The notes under the pieces: model-generated | The model's database searches: none | What the model saw: only the letters and a program-made list of their open reading frames with translations | What the model was told of the DNA's origin: nothing | Made by a program: the position numbers and the translations under genes | NCBI GenBank assembly: GCA_963814585.1 | Contig: CAWFDF010000008.1 | Location: 256,001 to 320,000 of the forward strand | Source: an uncultured delta proteobacterium | GTDB lineage: Bacteria; Myxococcota; Myxococcia; Myxococcales; Anaeromyxobacteraceae | Length of the DNA: 64,000 bases | Direction of reading: 5' to 3' | Part shown: in pieces, positions 8,866 through 18,671 of the stretch | How positions within the stretch are numbered: position 1 is the first letter of the stretch | Layout: each line of letters begins with the position of its first letter

Positions 8866-9992
8866 GGCGCCGCCCGGGCCAGGCCGGCCGAGTACTGCCC
8901 CAGGGTGTCGAAGCCGGCGTAGTACATGCTCCAGCCGGCGGCATCGAGGAAGACCGAGGGCGTGGTCAGGCCCCCCGAGTCGAAGGCCGGGGCCGGGCTC
9001 ACCCCGAGCGCCGCGCCGTCCGGGCCGGGCTGGGGCAGCTTGATCCAGGTGATGCCGTCGTTCGACTCGGCGTAGCCGATGGTCCCGCGGCTCGGACCGT
9101 TGGCGGCGCCGCGTGCGACGCAGCCGCGGTACCACATGCGGTAGAGCTGCTCACGCTCCTTCACCACGCTGGGCTGGTAGGCGCAGGCGAAGTCGAAGCT
9201 CCCGGCCGGACCGGTGTCGAGGATGGCCCCACCGGCCAGCTTCCCGGGCACCTTGGTCCAGTGGCGCGCGTCGCTCGAGGTGGCCAGGGCCACGCGCCAG
9301 GTGTTGGTGGCGTCGTTGGCCGAGTAGTACATCTTGTACTCCGCACCATCCTTGATCACCCAGGCGTAGCCGACCTGCTGGGAGTCGATGGCCCCGGCGG
9401 GCCCGAGGGGGAGGACGCTGCCACCCGGCCCGTCGCCATCGTAGTGCTTGGACCAGCTGGTGCCATCGTCCGACTCGGCGTAGCCGATGCGCCGGTTCAG
9501 GGCGAGTGTCCCGTCCGGGCAGTTGAACGGCTCGGTGCTGCCGTTGAACCACATCCGGTAGGTGGCTCCGTCCTTGAGCACGACGGGGCGATAGGTGAGC
9601 TGGGAGTCGAACTGGCCCGGCGCCCCGTTGTCGAGCAGGGCGCCGCCGGTGGCGGCTCCCTGGACCCGGGTGAAGCTCACGCCGTCGGTCGACTCGGCCA
9701 GGCCGATGCGCCAGCGCGTGCCGGTGATGCCGGCGCACGAGCCGGTGGCGTCGCTGCCACCATAGTAGAGGCGGATCCGGTCCCCGTCCCGGAAGGCGAA
9801 GGTGGTGAAGTTGGCGCGCTCGTCAAAGGCGGCGAGGGGGCCTGGGCCGAGCAGCGCGCCATTCGGACCGGATCCGGGCACCTTGGCCCACTGGAGCGGC
9901 GTGAGGGGGGCGGTCTCCGCCTGGCACGCGGCGAGGACCATCGCTGTGGCCGCCGCGAGCAGCGGCGTCGCCATGAACCGGTCGTCACGCAT
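8862..9992 (-). CDS. Lipoprotein with five-bladed beta-propeller, glycoside-hydrolase-like repeats (GH32/43/130-type fold)
   Basis: GGAGG SD; lipobox LAAC; repeated blades FD..P.V.KDG..Y.M(W/Y)Y...IGYAES.DG..W.K. Confidence 0.7.
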   Translation of the reverse strand: MRDDRFMATPLLAAATAMVLAACQAETAPLTPLQWAKVPGSGPNGALLGPGPLAAFDERANFTTFAFRDGDRIRLYYGGSDATGSCAGITGTRWRIGLAESTDGVSFTRVQGAATGGALLDNGAPGQFDSQLTYRPVVLKDGATYRMWFNGSTEPFNCPDGTLALNRRIGYAESDDGTSWSKHYDGDGPGGSVLPLGPAGAIDSQQVGYAWVIKDGAEYKMYYSANDATNTWRVALATSSDARHWTKVPGKLAGGAILDTGPAGSFDFACAYQPSVVKEREQLYRMWYRGCVARGAANGPSRGTIGYAESNDGITWIKLPQPGPDGAALGVSPAPAFDSGGLTTPSVFLDAAGWSMYYAGFDTLGQYSAGLARAAP

Positions 9993-10306
9993 GTTCCCTC
10001 CACGGGTCGCCTGTGATCGATCCCCTAACGGGAGCGCCTCCGGTGCGCCCACGCCGGGAGGGGCCCTCTGGGGGACCTCTTCCCGCCCGGTGCCATCACC
10101 GGAGGGGTCGCCCGTCCCTCCTCCTGGACACCCGAGGGGCGATCGGCGCGCCATGGTCCGGGAAGTTCCGAGGCGCCGCCGCCGACGGCCTCGCCGGGCC
10201 CGTCACCGGCCCTGGGCCACCATGGCTCCGGGACGGGATCAAACCCCCGTGCTCGCGGGGGTTTCCGGTTGTCTCGGCCGCGCGCATGGGCTAGCTTCCG
10301 CGCCCT

Positions 10307-11839
10307 ATGGAAAAGACCTGGATCAAGGACGTCAAGGAAGGCGAGAAGGTCAAGAGCGTCTTCCTGGTCGCCAAGAAGGCCACCCCGACCTCCAAGAGCG
10401 GCAAGACCTACCTGGCGGTCACGCTCCACGACAAGACCGGCGAGCTGGAGGCTCGGGCCTTCGACCGGCTCGACGAGCTGGTCCCGCTCTTCGAGGAGAG
10501 GGACTTCGTCGAGGCCGAGGGGCTCATCGGCACCTTCCAGGGCAAGCCACAGCTCCGCATCGAGACGCTGGTCAAGGCCGACGCCGCGGCGCTCGATGCC
10601 GCCGAGTTCGTCTTCGTCCCGGCCCCCGAGCCCAAGAAGCCGGAGGCCGCGGCCTCCCCCCCGGGCGACGAGCAGGCCTGGACCGAGCTGCTGGCGCTGG
10701 CCGACGCCGTCACCGACCAGCACATCAAGGCGCTCATCGCGTCCTTCCTCGGCGACGAGGACTTCGCCGCCCGGCTGCGACGCTCCCCGGCCGCCAAGTC
10801 GGTCCACCACGCCTACGCCGGCGGCCTGCTGGAGCACACCGTCGCCGTCATGAAGCTGGCCCACCGCCTGGCCGACCAGTACCCCCAGGTCGACCGCGAC
10901 CTGCTGGTGGCCGGCGCCTTCCTGCACGATCTCGGCAAGGTCCGCGAGCTCTCCGGCGATCGGAACGCCGAGTACACCGACGAGGGGAGGCTGGTCGGCC
11001 ACCTGGTGATGGCCGCCCAGTGGATCCACGACAAGGCCCGCCGCGTCGGCATGCCGCGCGACCTCGAGCACCACGTCGTCCACCTGGTGCTGGCCCACCA
11101 CGGCAAGCTGGAGTACGGCTCGCCCAAGGTGCCGATGACCCTCGAGGCCCTGCTCACCCACCACCTCGACGAGATCGACAGCCGCATCAACAGCTGGCTC
11201 AACCTGATGGGTCGCGAGAGCGGGCACCGCCGCTGGACCGACACCAACAACATCTACGAGCAGATGATCTGGCGCGGCGCGCTCCCCACCGAGCAAGCCG
11301 AGAAGAAGGGGCCTCCCGCCGAGGTGATGACGCCGGTCATCTACGTGCCGCGCGGGGCGGGGGGCGGCCAGCCGCAGGGGCAGCCGAAGCGGAAGCAGGA
11401 AAAGAAGCCCCGGCCGCAGCAGCCCCCGCGCCCGGAGCGCAAGCCCGCCGAGCGGGTCACCGAGGCCGGCGCCGAGGCGGCGCCGACCCCGGCGGCTCCG
11501 CGCCCGGAGCGGACCGAGCGCACCGACCGTCCGCCCGATCGTGGCTCGCGCGGTTCGTTCGGCGGTCCCGGCGATCGGAAGAAGGGCTACACCGGTCCGC
11601 GCCTGCCCGGCGACAAGGGTCCACACCGCCCGCCCGGCGACAAGAAGAGCCTCACCCACAGCCCGTTCGCGGCGCTCGCCGCCAAGCTGGGTGACGCCGC
11701 CAGGCCGGCCGAGCCGGCCGTCGAGCCGGCCGAGCCGGCAGCCCCGGCCGAGGCGACCGGGCCGGTGGCGCCGGCCGAGCCGGCGGCTCCCCCCGCCGCC
11801 CCGGAGGCGCCTCCCACCGAGGGGACGCAGCCGGAGTAG
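10307..11839 (+). CDS. yhaM: YhaM/Cbf1-family 3'-5' exoribonuclease (OB fold + HD domain) with a long disordered C-tail
   Basis: OB segment YLAVTLHDKTGEL; PAAKSVHHAYAGGLLEH; LHDLGK; EGRLVGH; HHGKLEYGSPKVP. Confidence 0.88.
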   Translation: MEKTWIKDVKEGEKVKSVFLVAKKATPTSKSGKTYLAVTLHDKTGELEARAFDRLDELVPLFEERDFVEAEGLIGTFQGKPQLRIETLVKADAAALDAAEFVFVPAPEPKKPEAAASPPGDEQAWTELLALADAVTDQHIKALIASFLGDEDFAARLRRSPAAKSVHHAYAGGLLEHTVAVMKLAHRLADQYPQVDRDLLVAGAFLHDLGKVRELSGDRNAEYTDEGRLVGHLVMAAQWIHDKARRVGMPRDLEHHVVHLVLAHHGKLEYGSPKVPMTLEALLTHHLDEIDSRINSWLNLMGRESGHRRWTDTNNIYEQMIWRGALPTEQAEKKGPPAEVMTPVIYVPRGAGGGQPQGQPKRKQEKKPRPQQPPRPERKPAERVTEAGAEAAPTPAAPRPERTERTDRPPDRGSRGSFGGPGDRKKGYTGPRLPGDKGPHRPPGDKKSLTHSPFAALAAKLGDAARPAEPAVEPAEPAAPAEATGPVAPAEPAAPPAAPEAPPTEGTQPE

Positions 11840-11890
11840 CCCGCCTCCGCCCGGCGGGCACCGCTCGCCGGGCCGTGTTACTGATGCATC

Positions 11891-12622
11891 ATGGTCCCGT
11901 TTGGACGGACGGCAGCGGTCTTCGACGTCGACGACTCCCTCCTCGACGGCAACGCCGGGACCATCTTCACCTGGTACCTCTACCGGCAGAAGGTGATGCG
12001 CCCCGAGGTCCGGGCTCGCATCCCGCGCATCATCTACGAGTACGCCAGGGGCCGCCTCACCGAGCAGGACATGGTCGAGGTGGGCTCCAGCTGCCACGCC
12101 GGGCTCCGCGCCGACGAGCTGAAGGAGCACGCCAGGACCTGCTTCGAGAGGCACCTCCGGAAGCGGATCACCTCCGGCGCCCTCCGTCAGGTCCGCCGCC
12201 ACCTGCTCTCCGGCCACTTCGTGCTGCTGGCCTCCGGGTCACCCCAGTACATCATCGACGAGCTGGCCGCCCACCTGCGCGTCCACGCCGCCATCGGCTC
12301 CCGCGCCGCCATCGTCGGCGGCCACTTCACCGAGCAGCTGATCAAGCCGGTGGTCTTCCGGGAGGGGAAGCGGGAGGCGGTGGAGAAGCTGCTGGAGCGC
12401 TGGGACCTCGACCTGGCGAGGAGCTGGCTCTACTCCGACTCGGCCGCCGACGTGGCGCTCTTCGAGTCGGTCGGACACCCGGTGGTGGTCAACCCCAAGG
12501 AGCCCTTCCGCGAGGAGGCCGAGCGCCGCGGCTGGCCGGTGGTCCGCTGGGCCGACCGGCGCCAGCCCGGCGTCGACCCCGACGCCGACCGGGAGGACGA
12601 ATGGGGCAGCTGGGACGGCTGA
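11891..12622 (+). CDS. HAD-IB family hydrolase (SerB-like)
   Basis: FDVDDSL motif I, LASGS motif II, EGK, YSDSAADVAL...VGHPVVVNP. Confidence 0.88.
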   Translation: MVPFGRTAAVFDVDDSLLDGNAGTIFTWYLYRQKVMRPEVRARIPRIIYEYARGRLTEQDMVEVGSSCHAGLRADELKEHARTCFERHLRKRITSGALRQVRRHLLSGHFVLLASGSPQYIIDELAAHLRVHAAIGSRAAIVGGHFTEQLIKPVVFREGKREAVEKLLERWDLDLARSWLYSDSAADVALFESVGHPVVVNPKEPFREEAERRGWPVVRWADRRQPGVDPDADREDEWGSWDG

Positions 12623-12634
12623 CCCGCCCTCGCC

Positions 12635-13441
12635 TCAGTCCTGGCCGCCGGACCGCTGCAGGGCCGGAAGCCCGAACAGCCGCCGGGCGTTCTCGGTGGT
12701 CCGCTCGGCCACCACGGCGAGCGGCTGTCCGCGCACCTCGGCCACCTTCTCGGCCACCAGACGGACGTGGGCGGGCTCGTTGCGCCGCCCGCGGAACGGG
12801 ACGGGGGCGAGGAACGGCGCATCGGTCTCCACCAGCAGCCGTTCGTCGGGCACCAGGCGCACCGCCTCGCGGATCGGCTCGGCCGTCCTGAAGGTGACGA
12901 TGCCGGCCACCGAGACGTGCAGGCCGAGGTCGAGGTAGGCGCGCGCCGCTCTCGAGTCGCCGGTGAAGCAGTGGATGACGCCGCCCGCCCTCGGGAGCCC
13001 CTCCTCGCGCAGCACCCGGACGCAGGCCTCCTCCGCCTCGCGAACGTGGATGACCAGCGGCTTCCCGACCCGGTGCGCCAGCCGGATGGAGCGGCGGAAG
13101 CAGGCCTCCTGGACCTCGCGCGGCGACAGGTCGTAGTGGAAGTCCAGCCCGGTCTCCCCCACCCCGACCACCCGCGGGTCCGCAGCCAGCTCGGCCGAGC
13201 GGGCCCAGTCGGCCTCGCTCACCCGGGCGCACTCGTGCGGGTGGACGCCGATGGTGGCGGAGAAGAAGCCGGGCCAGCGCTCCGCCAGCTCCAGCGCGTT
13301 GCCGAAGTCGCCCTCCCTTCGCCACAGGCCGATCGTCACCACCCGCCCCACGCCGCCGCCCCGGGCCCTGGACATCACCCCGTCGAGGTCCCCCTCGAAG
13401 TCCTCGAAGTCCAGGTGGGCGTGGGAGTCGACGAGCACCAC
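12635..13441 (-). CDS. tatD: TatD family deoxyribonuclease
   Basis: DSHAHL, GVHPH, VGETGLDF, IHVREA, GVIHCFTG, LLVETDAPFLAPVPFRGRRNEP. Confidence 0.93.
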   Translation of the reverse strand: MVLVDSHAHLDFEDFEGDLDGVMSRARGGGVGRVVTIGLWRREGDFGNALELAERWPGFFSATIGVHPHECARVSEADWARSAELAADPRVVGVGETGLDFHYDLSPREVQEACFRRSIRLAHRVGKPLVIHVREAEEACVRVLREEGLPRAGGVIHCFTGDSRAARAYLDLGLHVSVAGIVTFRTAEPIREAVRLVPDERLLVETDAPFLAPVPFRGRRNEPAHVRLVAEKVAEVRGQPLAVVAERTTENARRLFGLPALQRSGGQD

Positions 13442-13442
13442 G

Positions 13443-15539
13443 TCACTTCACCCGCGTGCCCGGAGCGATGCCGTCGCCGACGGTGACCAGCTGCAGATCG
13501 GGGGCCTCGCCGGCCGCCAGCAGCATCCCCTGCGAGGTGATCCCGCGCAGCGGCCGCGGCGCCAGGTTGGCCACCACCACGATCCGCTTCCCCACCAGCA
13601 GCGAGGGATCCGGGTAGGCCTGGGCGATGCCGGCCACGATGGTTCGAGGCTCGGGCTCGCCGAGGTCGACCGTCAGCTGGAGCAGCTTGTCGGCCTTCGC
13701 CACCGGGGCGGCCGCCCGGATGGCGCCGACGCGCAGCTCCACCCTGGCGAAGTCCTCGTACTGGATGACGCCGAAGACGGCCGCCGCAGCCGGCGTGGTG
13801 CTGGCCCGGGCGGCGCCCTCGGCCGGGCTGGACGACCTGGCCCCCTTCCTCGGCGCCGGCGGCTCCACCGGGGCGGCGATCAGCCGCTCGACCTGACCGG
13901 CCTCGAGCCGGGCGATCTGGGGCGGCTTGCCGGCCACCCGGAACGGTCCGTGGAACGGATCGAGCCCCACGTCCCATGGCGGCAACGCCTCGCCGAAGGC
14001 CTCCGCCAGCCGGCCGGCGAACCTCGGCATGATCGGCCGGAGCATGACGGCCACCGCCACCAGCGCCTTGCCGACGTCCCACAGCAGCGCCCGCGAGGCC
14101 GCGGAGCTCGGCGCCTCCCAGGGCTTCCCGTCCTGGATCCGCTTGTTGCAGAGGCTGGCCACCTCGCTGACGTGCCGGACCACCTCGCGGAGCTGGAGCT
14201 CCTGGTAGCGGTCGCGGGCAGCGCCCAGCGCCGCCAGCGTGGCCGCCTGGATCCCCGCCGCCGCGGCGCCCGGGGTCTCGCTGGCCCTCTCGACGACCCC
14301 ACCGCCGCGCTCGACGAGCGCCGCCACCCGGCTGGCCAGGTTGGCGACGTTGTTGGAGAGGTCGGCGTTGATGCGGTTGCGGAACTCCTCGAGCGAGAGG
14401 TCGAGGTCGCTGACGCCAGCCCCGAGGCTGGCCGCGAAGAAGTAGCGGAGCAGCTCCGGGTCCAGCCCCGACTCGAGGTAGGTGCTGGCGTTGATGAAGG
14501 TCCCACGCGACTTGGACATCTTCTCACCGTTCACGGTGAGGTGGCCGTGGACCACCATCCGGTCCGGCCGCTTGACCCCGGCCGCCCAGAGCATGGCCGG
14601 CCAGAAGACGGCGTGGAAGCGGAGGATGTCCTTGCCGATGACGTGCTCCAGCCGCGACGGCGCCCCCTCGGCCAGGTACCTGGCGCGGTAAGCCTCGGGC
14701 GTCAGCCGCCGATCGGCCGGCGCCTCGACGGCGAAGTAGTGCTCGCCGCTGGAGAGGTAGCCGATGGGCGCGTCCAGCCAGACGTAGAGGAACTTCCCGG
14801 GGAAGTCGGGGTCCTTCACCGGGAAGCCGAAGTAGGGGGCGTCGCGGGTGATGCACCAGTCCTGCAGGTCGGCCAGCCAGCCCTTCACCTGCTGGCGAAC
14901 CCCCGGCTCGAGGTGCCCCTCCGCCTCCACCCATCCCTGGATGAGCGCGGCCACCTCGGGCCGGCGCAGGTTGACGTAGGCGTGATCGCTCTGCCGCACC
15001 ACCGGGGGGCGGCCGCAGAGGGCGCAGGCCGGCGCGTCCAGCTCGCGCGGATCGTAGGTGGTTCCGCACTTCTCGCAGACGTCGCCGTACTGGTCGGGCG
15101 TGGCGCACTTCGGGCAGGTGCCCTTCACGAACCGGTCGGGCAGGAAGCGCTGGTCGTGCTCGCAGTAGAGCTGCTCGACCGACTTCTTGTAGATCAGCCC
15201 GCGCGTCTTGAGCCCGTCGTAGATCGCGTAGGCCCAGGCCTGGTTCTCCGGCGAGTGGGTCGTGTAGTAGGTGTCGTGGTCGATGCCGAACTGGCGGAAG
15301 GTCTGGTGCTGGTCCTTCCGGTACATCTCGGCGAAGTCGGCCGGCGCCATCCCGACCTTGCCGGCGTTCACCTCGATGGGCGTGCCGTGGGCGTCGGCGG
15401 CGCAGATCCAGGTGACGTCGTCCCCGATGGACCGCAGGAAGCGGACGTAGACGTCGGTCTGCACGTGCTCGACCATGTGGCCGAGGTGGATGGGGCCGTT
15501 GGCGTACGGCAGGGCGCTGGTCACCAGACGCGTCGTCAT
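13443..15539 (-). CDS. metG: Methionine--tRNA ligase with C-terminal tRNA-binding OB domain
   Basis: TSALPYANGPIHLGH (HIGH), Zn knuckles, YVWLDAPIGY, KMSKS, VVANLAPRPLRGITSQGM. Confidence 0.97.
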   Translation of the reverse strand: MTTRLVTSALPYANGPIHLGHMVEHVQTDVYVRFLRSIGDDVTWICAADAHGTPIEVNAGKVGMAPADFAEMYRKDQHQTFRQFGIDHDTYYTTHSPENQAWAYAIYDGLKTRGLIYKKSVEQLYCEHDQRFLPDRFVKGTCPKCATPDQYGDVCEKCGTTYDPRELDAPACALCGRPPVVRQSDHAYVNLRRPEVAALIQGWVEAEGHLEPGVRQQVKGWLADLQDWCITRDAPYFGFPVKDPDFPGKFLYVWLDAPIGYLSSGEHYFAVEAPADRRLTPEAYRARYLAEGAPSRLEHVIGKDILRFHAVFWPAMLWAAGVKRPDRMVVHGHLTVNGEKMSKSRGTFINASTYLESGLDPELLRYFFAASLGAGVSDLDLSLEEFRNRINADLSNNVANLASRVAALVERGGGVVERASETPGAAAAGIQAATLAALGAARDRYQELQLREVVRHVSEVASLCNKRIQDGKPWEAPSSAASRALLWDVGKALVAVAVMLRPIMPRFAGRLAEAFGEALPPWDVGLDPFHGPFRVAGKPPQIARLEAGQVERLIAAPVEPPAPRKGARSSSPAEGAARASTTPAAAAVFGVIQYEDFARVELRVGAIRAAAPVAKADKLLQLTVDLGEPEPRTIVAGIAQAYPDPSLLVGKRIVVVANLAPRPLRGITSQGMLLAAGEAPDLQLVTVGDGIAPGTRVK

Positions 15540-16927
15540 GCAGGTCTCCGCTCCGATCCGCTCGAGCCGAGCAGGCCGAGGAGGACGCGCTCCAGCTGCA
15601 GGCGCGGATCCTGGCCGCTCTTCATGGCCACGTCGGCCTCGTGCAGCGCCACGAGCCCGTCGAGCAGCTCGCCGCGCCCGAACCGGGTCGAGGCCTGGTA
15701 CTTCATCCAGAATCCATAGGGCTTCTTCTTGCCGACTTCCTCGGATGGGATGGTGGGGAAGACCTGCGCTTCCCAGTCCCGCGACGTGCGCAGCACCCGG
15801 TCCCCCACCACGGCCCGCGCCCGCTCCTTCTCCACCACCAGCCGCCGCACCGTCCCGGCCAGGGTGGCCAGCAGCATGTGCGGGCTGCCGCCGTCGCCCA
15901 CCGTGCGGTCCACCACGTCGATCGACGCCGCCAGGTCTCGGGCCTCGACGGCGTTGCCGAGCGCGAAGAAGGGGTCCTCGGCGCTGCGCGTCACCACCTC
16001 GTCGACGTCGTCGGCGCCGATCACCTTGCGGTCCCCGACGAAGGCCACCAGCTTCTGCAGCTCGGAGGCGAGCGTCCGGGCGTCGGCGCCCACCAGCGCC
16101 TCCAGGCGCTCCACCGCACCGGGATCGGCCTTCCTGCCGGTGCCGGCCAGCAGCGTCTGGATCACCGGCCCGAGCACCACGCGGGCGTCGAAGGTCCCCT
16201 CCCTGGGGATGGCCACCTCGACCCGGCGCCCGGCCGCGGCCAGCCGCTTCACGAGCGGCAGCTTGCCGTCCACCTTGCCGGAGGCCACCACCAGCACGTG
16301 GCCCGGCGGCAGGCCTCGCTCCAGCGCCGCGTCGAGCGCGCCCGAGTCGTCCTTGGCGGCCTTCATCTCCCGCTCCACGGCGTAGCCGGCCGCCTCGACC
16401 ACGAAGTCCAGCCCGGCCTCCCCGGGGGCGAAGCCGAACTCCCGCTTCAGCTCCCTGGCGAGCTTCGCCTTGAACCTGGCCGGGTCATCGCCCGGCTCCG
16501 GCCGGAGGTCGGAGGCGCCGAGCCCGGCCTTGGCGCAGAGGGCCAGAAGCCGCCGGGCCGCCTCGCGCTGCCGACCCTCGCTCCACTGGACGCGGGCCTT
16601 CTCGAACGAGTCCTCGACGTCCTCCTTGGAGGTGAGGAAGGCGGGCTCCTGCAGCAGCACCACCTTGTGCCCGGAGGCGAAGAGGCCGCGCGTTCGCAGC
16701 TCGGTGGCCACCTCGGCGGGAGACGCCGCGGCGTCCAGCTCCACCAGGTTGAGGCTCCGCTCCTGCTCGCCGACCAGGGCGAAGGCCAGCTCGCGGCCGG
16801 CTCGCTGCGCCAGGAAGGCGTCGCCGTCGAAGAGGTAGACCGCCGCCGGCCGGCCGGCGGCCGCCTCCGCGAGGCAGTCCTCCAGCGTCGGCCCCGCGGC
16901 CCGGGGCGGCCTGAAGCTACCGGCCAT
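15536..16927 (-). CDS. holA: DNA polymerase III delta-subunit-like protein with an internal insertion
   Basis: AVYLFDGD, GLFASGHKVV, VGADARTLASELQKLVAFVG, FFALGNAV, LHEADVAMKSGQDPRLQLERVLL. Confidence 0.78.
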   Translation of the reverse strand: MAGSFRPPRAAGPTLEDCLAEAAAGRPAAVYLFDGDAFLAQRAGRELAFALVGEQERSLNLVELDAAASPAEVATELRTRGLFASGHKVVLLQEPAFLTSKEDVEDSFEKARVQWSEGRQREAARRLLALCAKAGLGASDLRPEPGDDPARFKAKLARELKREFGFAPGEAGLDFVVEAAGYAVEREMKAAKDDSGALDAALERGLPPGHVLVVASGKVDGKLPLVKRLAAAGRRVEVAIPREGTFDARVVLGPVIQTLLAGTGRKADPGAVERLEALVGADARTLASELQKLVAFVGDRKVIGADDVDEVVTRSAEDPFFALGNAVEARDLAASIDVVDRTVGDGGSPHMLLATLAGTVRRLVVEKERARAVVGDRVLRTSRDWEAQVFPTIPSEEVGKKKPYGFWMKYQASTRFGRGELLDGLVALHEADVAMKSGQDPRLQLERVLLGLLGSSGSERRPA

Positions 16928-17954
16928 GGAACCACCCGATGAGCATCCGCTCGATGGCCAGCGGCGCCGTGGCGTTCTGCCGGAGCGCAGCCAGCAGCCG
17001 CTCCACGAATCCGCGGCGCCGCAGCGCCTCGGCCGGCGTGAGCGCCCCGGCGGCGCGGCGGGTGACCGCCTCGAGCTCGGCCAGCGCCAGCGCCTCGCCG
17101 CCCGCCTGAGCCACCAGCACGTCGCGCCACCAGACCAGCAGGAGCTCGCCCAGGCCACCCGCCGCCTCGCGGTCCTGGCCGTGCGCGCGCGCGAAGGCGA
17201 CCCAGCGGCCGGCGTCGTCGGCGGTGAGCGAGGCCGCCCCTTCCAGCGCCGCGCGCCGCTCGGCCAGCGACTCGGCGTCGAGCGCGAGCGCCCGTGACAG
17301 CGAGCCGCCGGAGACCGCCGCCGCCAGCCGCGCCGCCTCGGCCGGTTGCCCGGCCGACTCCAGGCGCGCGCGGATGACCGTCTCCGGCAAGGGCGAGAAG
17401 GCCACTCGCAGGCAGCGGCTCTTGATGGTCGGCAGGAGTGCGTCCGGGCTCGAGGAGACCAGCACCAGGGTGGTGGCGTCGGGGGGCTCCTCCAGCGTCT
17501 TGAGCAGCGCGTTCTGGGCCTGGACGTTCATGGCGTCGGCGGGGTCGATCACCACCACGCGGCGGCGCCCCTCGAACCGGCGCATCGAGAGGCGGTGGTC
17601 GACGAGATCGCGAACCTGGTCCACCACGATCTCGCGCGACGGGGTCCGCCCGCTCCGGGGCTCCCAGCGGCCGGCCTTGGCCATGACCCGCTCCTCGGCG
17701 AGGAGGTAGACGTCGGGGTGGGTGCCGTGGGCGATCTTGCGGCACGGGCCGCACTGGCCACAGGGATTGTCGAGCGCCCCCTCCCCCGGGGCCGCCTCGC
17801 AGTTGGCGGCCTGGGCCAGCAGCCGGGCCGCCGTCCCCTTCCCCACCCCCTCCGGTCCGCCCAGCAGGTAGGCGTGGTGGAGGCGGCCGCGCCGGAGCGC
17901 GGCCCGGAGGACGCCGACGGCGCGATCCTGCGCCTGGAGCTCGGAGAAGGGCAT
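16917..17954 (-). CDS. holB: DNA polymerase III subunit delta prime
   Basis: HHAYLLGGPEGVGK, CGQCGPC, HPDV, AQNALLKTLEEPP, LLPTIKSRC. Confidence 0.95.
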   Translation of the reverse strand: MPFSELQAQDRAVGVLRAALRRGRLHHAYLLGGPEGVGKGTAARLLAQAANCEAAPGEGALDNPCGQCGPCRKIAHGTHPDVYLLAEERVMAKAGRWEPRSGRTPSREIVVDQVRDLVDHRLSMRRFEGRRRVVVIDPADAMNVQAQNALLKTLEEPPDATTLVLVSSSPDALLPTIKSRCLRVAFSPLPETVIRARLESAGQPAEAARLAAAVSGGSLSRALALDAESLAERRAALEGAASLTADDAGRWVAFARAHGQDREAAGGLGELLLVWWRDVLVAQAGGEALALAELEAVTRRAAGALTPAEALRRRGFVERLLAALRQNATAPLAIERMLIGWFHGR

Positions 17955-18073
17955 CGGGCTGCGGAAGATATCACGGGGCCCCCTCGACGGGCCCGACCCG
18001 CGGCACGCCCGCGGACGGCGCCGGAATGGACAGGTGGCTCGCGGGGTCTACAATTCCGGCTCCGGAGCCGACC

Positions 18074-18586
18074 ATGAACATCACGCCCCTCGACATCACC
18101 CAGAAGTCCTTCCGCCGATCCTTCCGCGGCCTCGATTCCGAGGAGGTGGCCGCCTTCCTGGCCCTGGTCGCCAGCGAGTTCGAGGGGCTGGTCAGGGACC
18201 TGAACACCCTGCGCGAGGAGAACCGGCGCTCCTCCGACGAGCTGGTCGAGCACCGGGGACGGGAGCGGGCGCTGCAGGAAACCCTGGTGGCGGCGCAACG
18301 GGCCTCCGAGGACATCCGCGACTCGGCCCGCAAGGAGGCCGAGATCACCATCGCCGACGCCGAGCTGCAGGCCGAGAAGATCATCCAGGGCGCCCACCAG
18401 CGCTTCCTGCGAATCGTCGACGACATCAACGAGCTGAAGCGGCAGCGGGTCCAGTTCGAGGCCGGGCTGAAGTCCCTGGCCGAGGGGCACCTCAGGCTGC
18501 TCGAGGCCTTTCGCGAGCCGGCCGCCAAGGACGAGGCCGTCCCCTTCGCCGCCGGCCGCAAGAGGCTGGCGGGCGACGAGCCGTAG
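18074..18586 (+). CDS. DivIVA domain protein
   Basis: ITPLDITQKSFRRSFRGLDSEEVAAFL followed by coiled coil; GGAG SD and TACAAT upstream. Confidence 0.9.
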   Translation: MNITPLDITQKSFRRSFRGLDSEEVAAFLALVASEFEGLVRDLNTLREENRRSSDELVEHRGRERALQETLVAAQRASEDIRDSARKEAEITIADAELQAEKIIQGAHQRFLRIVDDINELKRQRVQFEAGLKSLAEGHLRLLEAFREPAAKDEAVPFAAGRKRLAGDEP

Positions 18587-18671
18587 CGGCGCCCGGGGCG
18601 CCGTCGCCCCAAGCTTGGCTCCCCTGAAGGGAGCGCCAGGGGGCGGTCCTTCCATTCGGGGAACTGGCGCC

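Noticed and set aside
10307..11839. HD nuclease as Cas3-HD or a defence gene
   Set aside because: The OB+HD layout and motifs match YhaM; housekeeping context.
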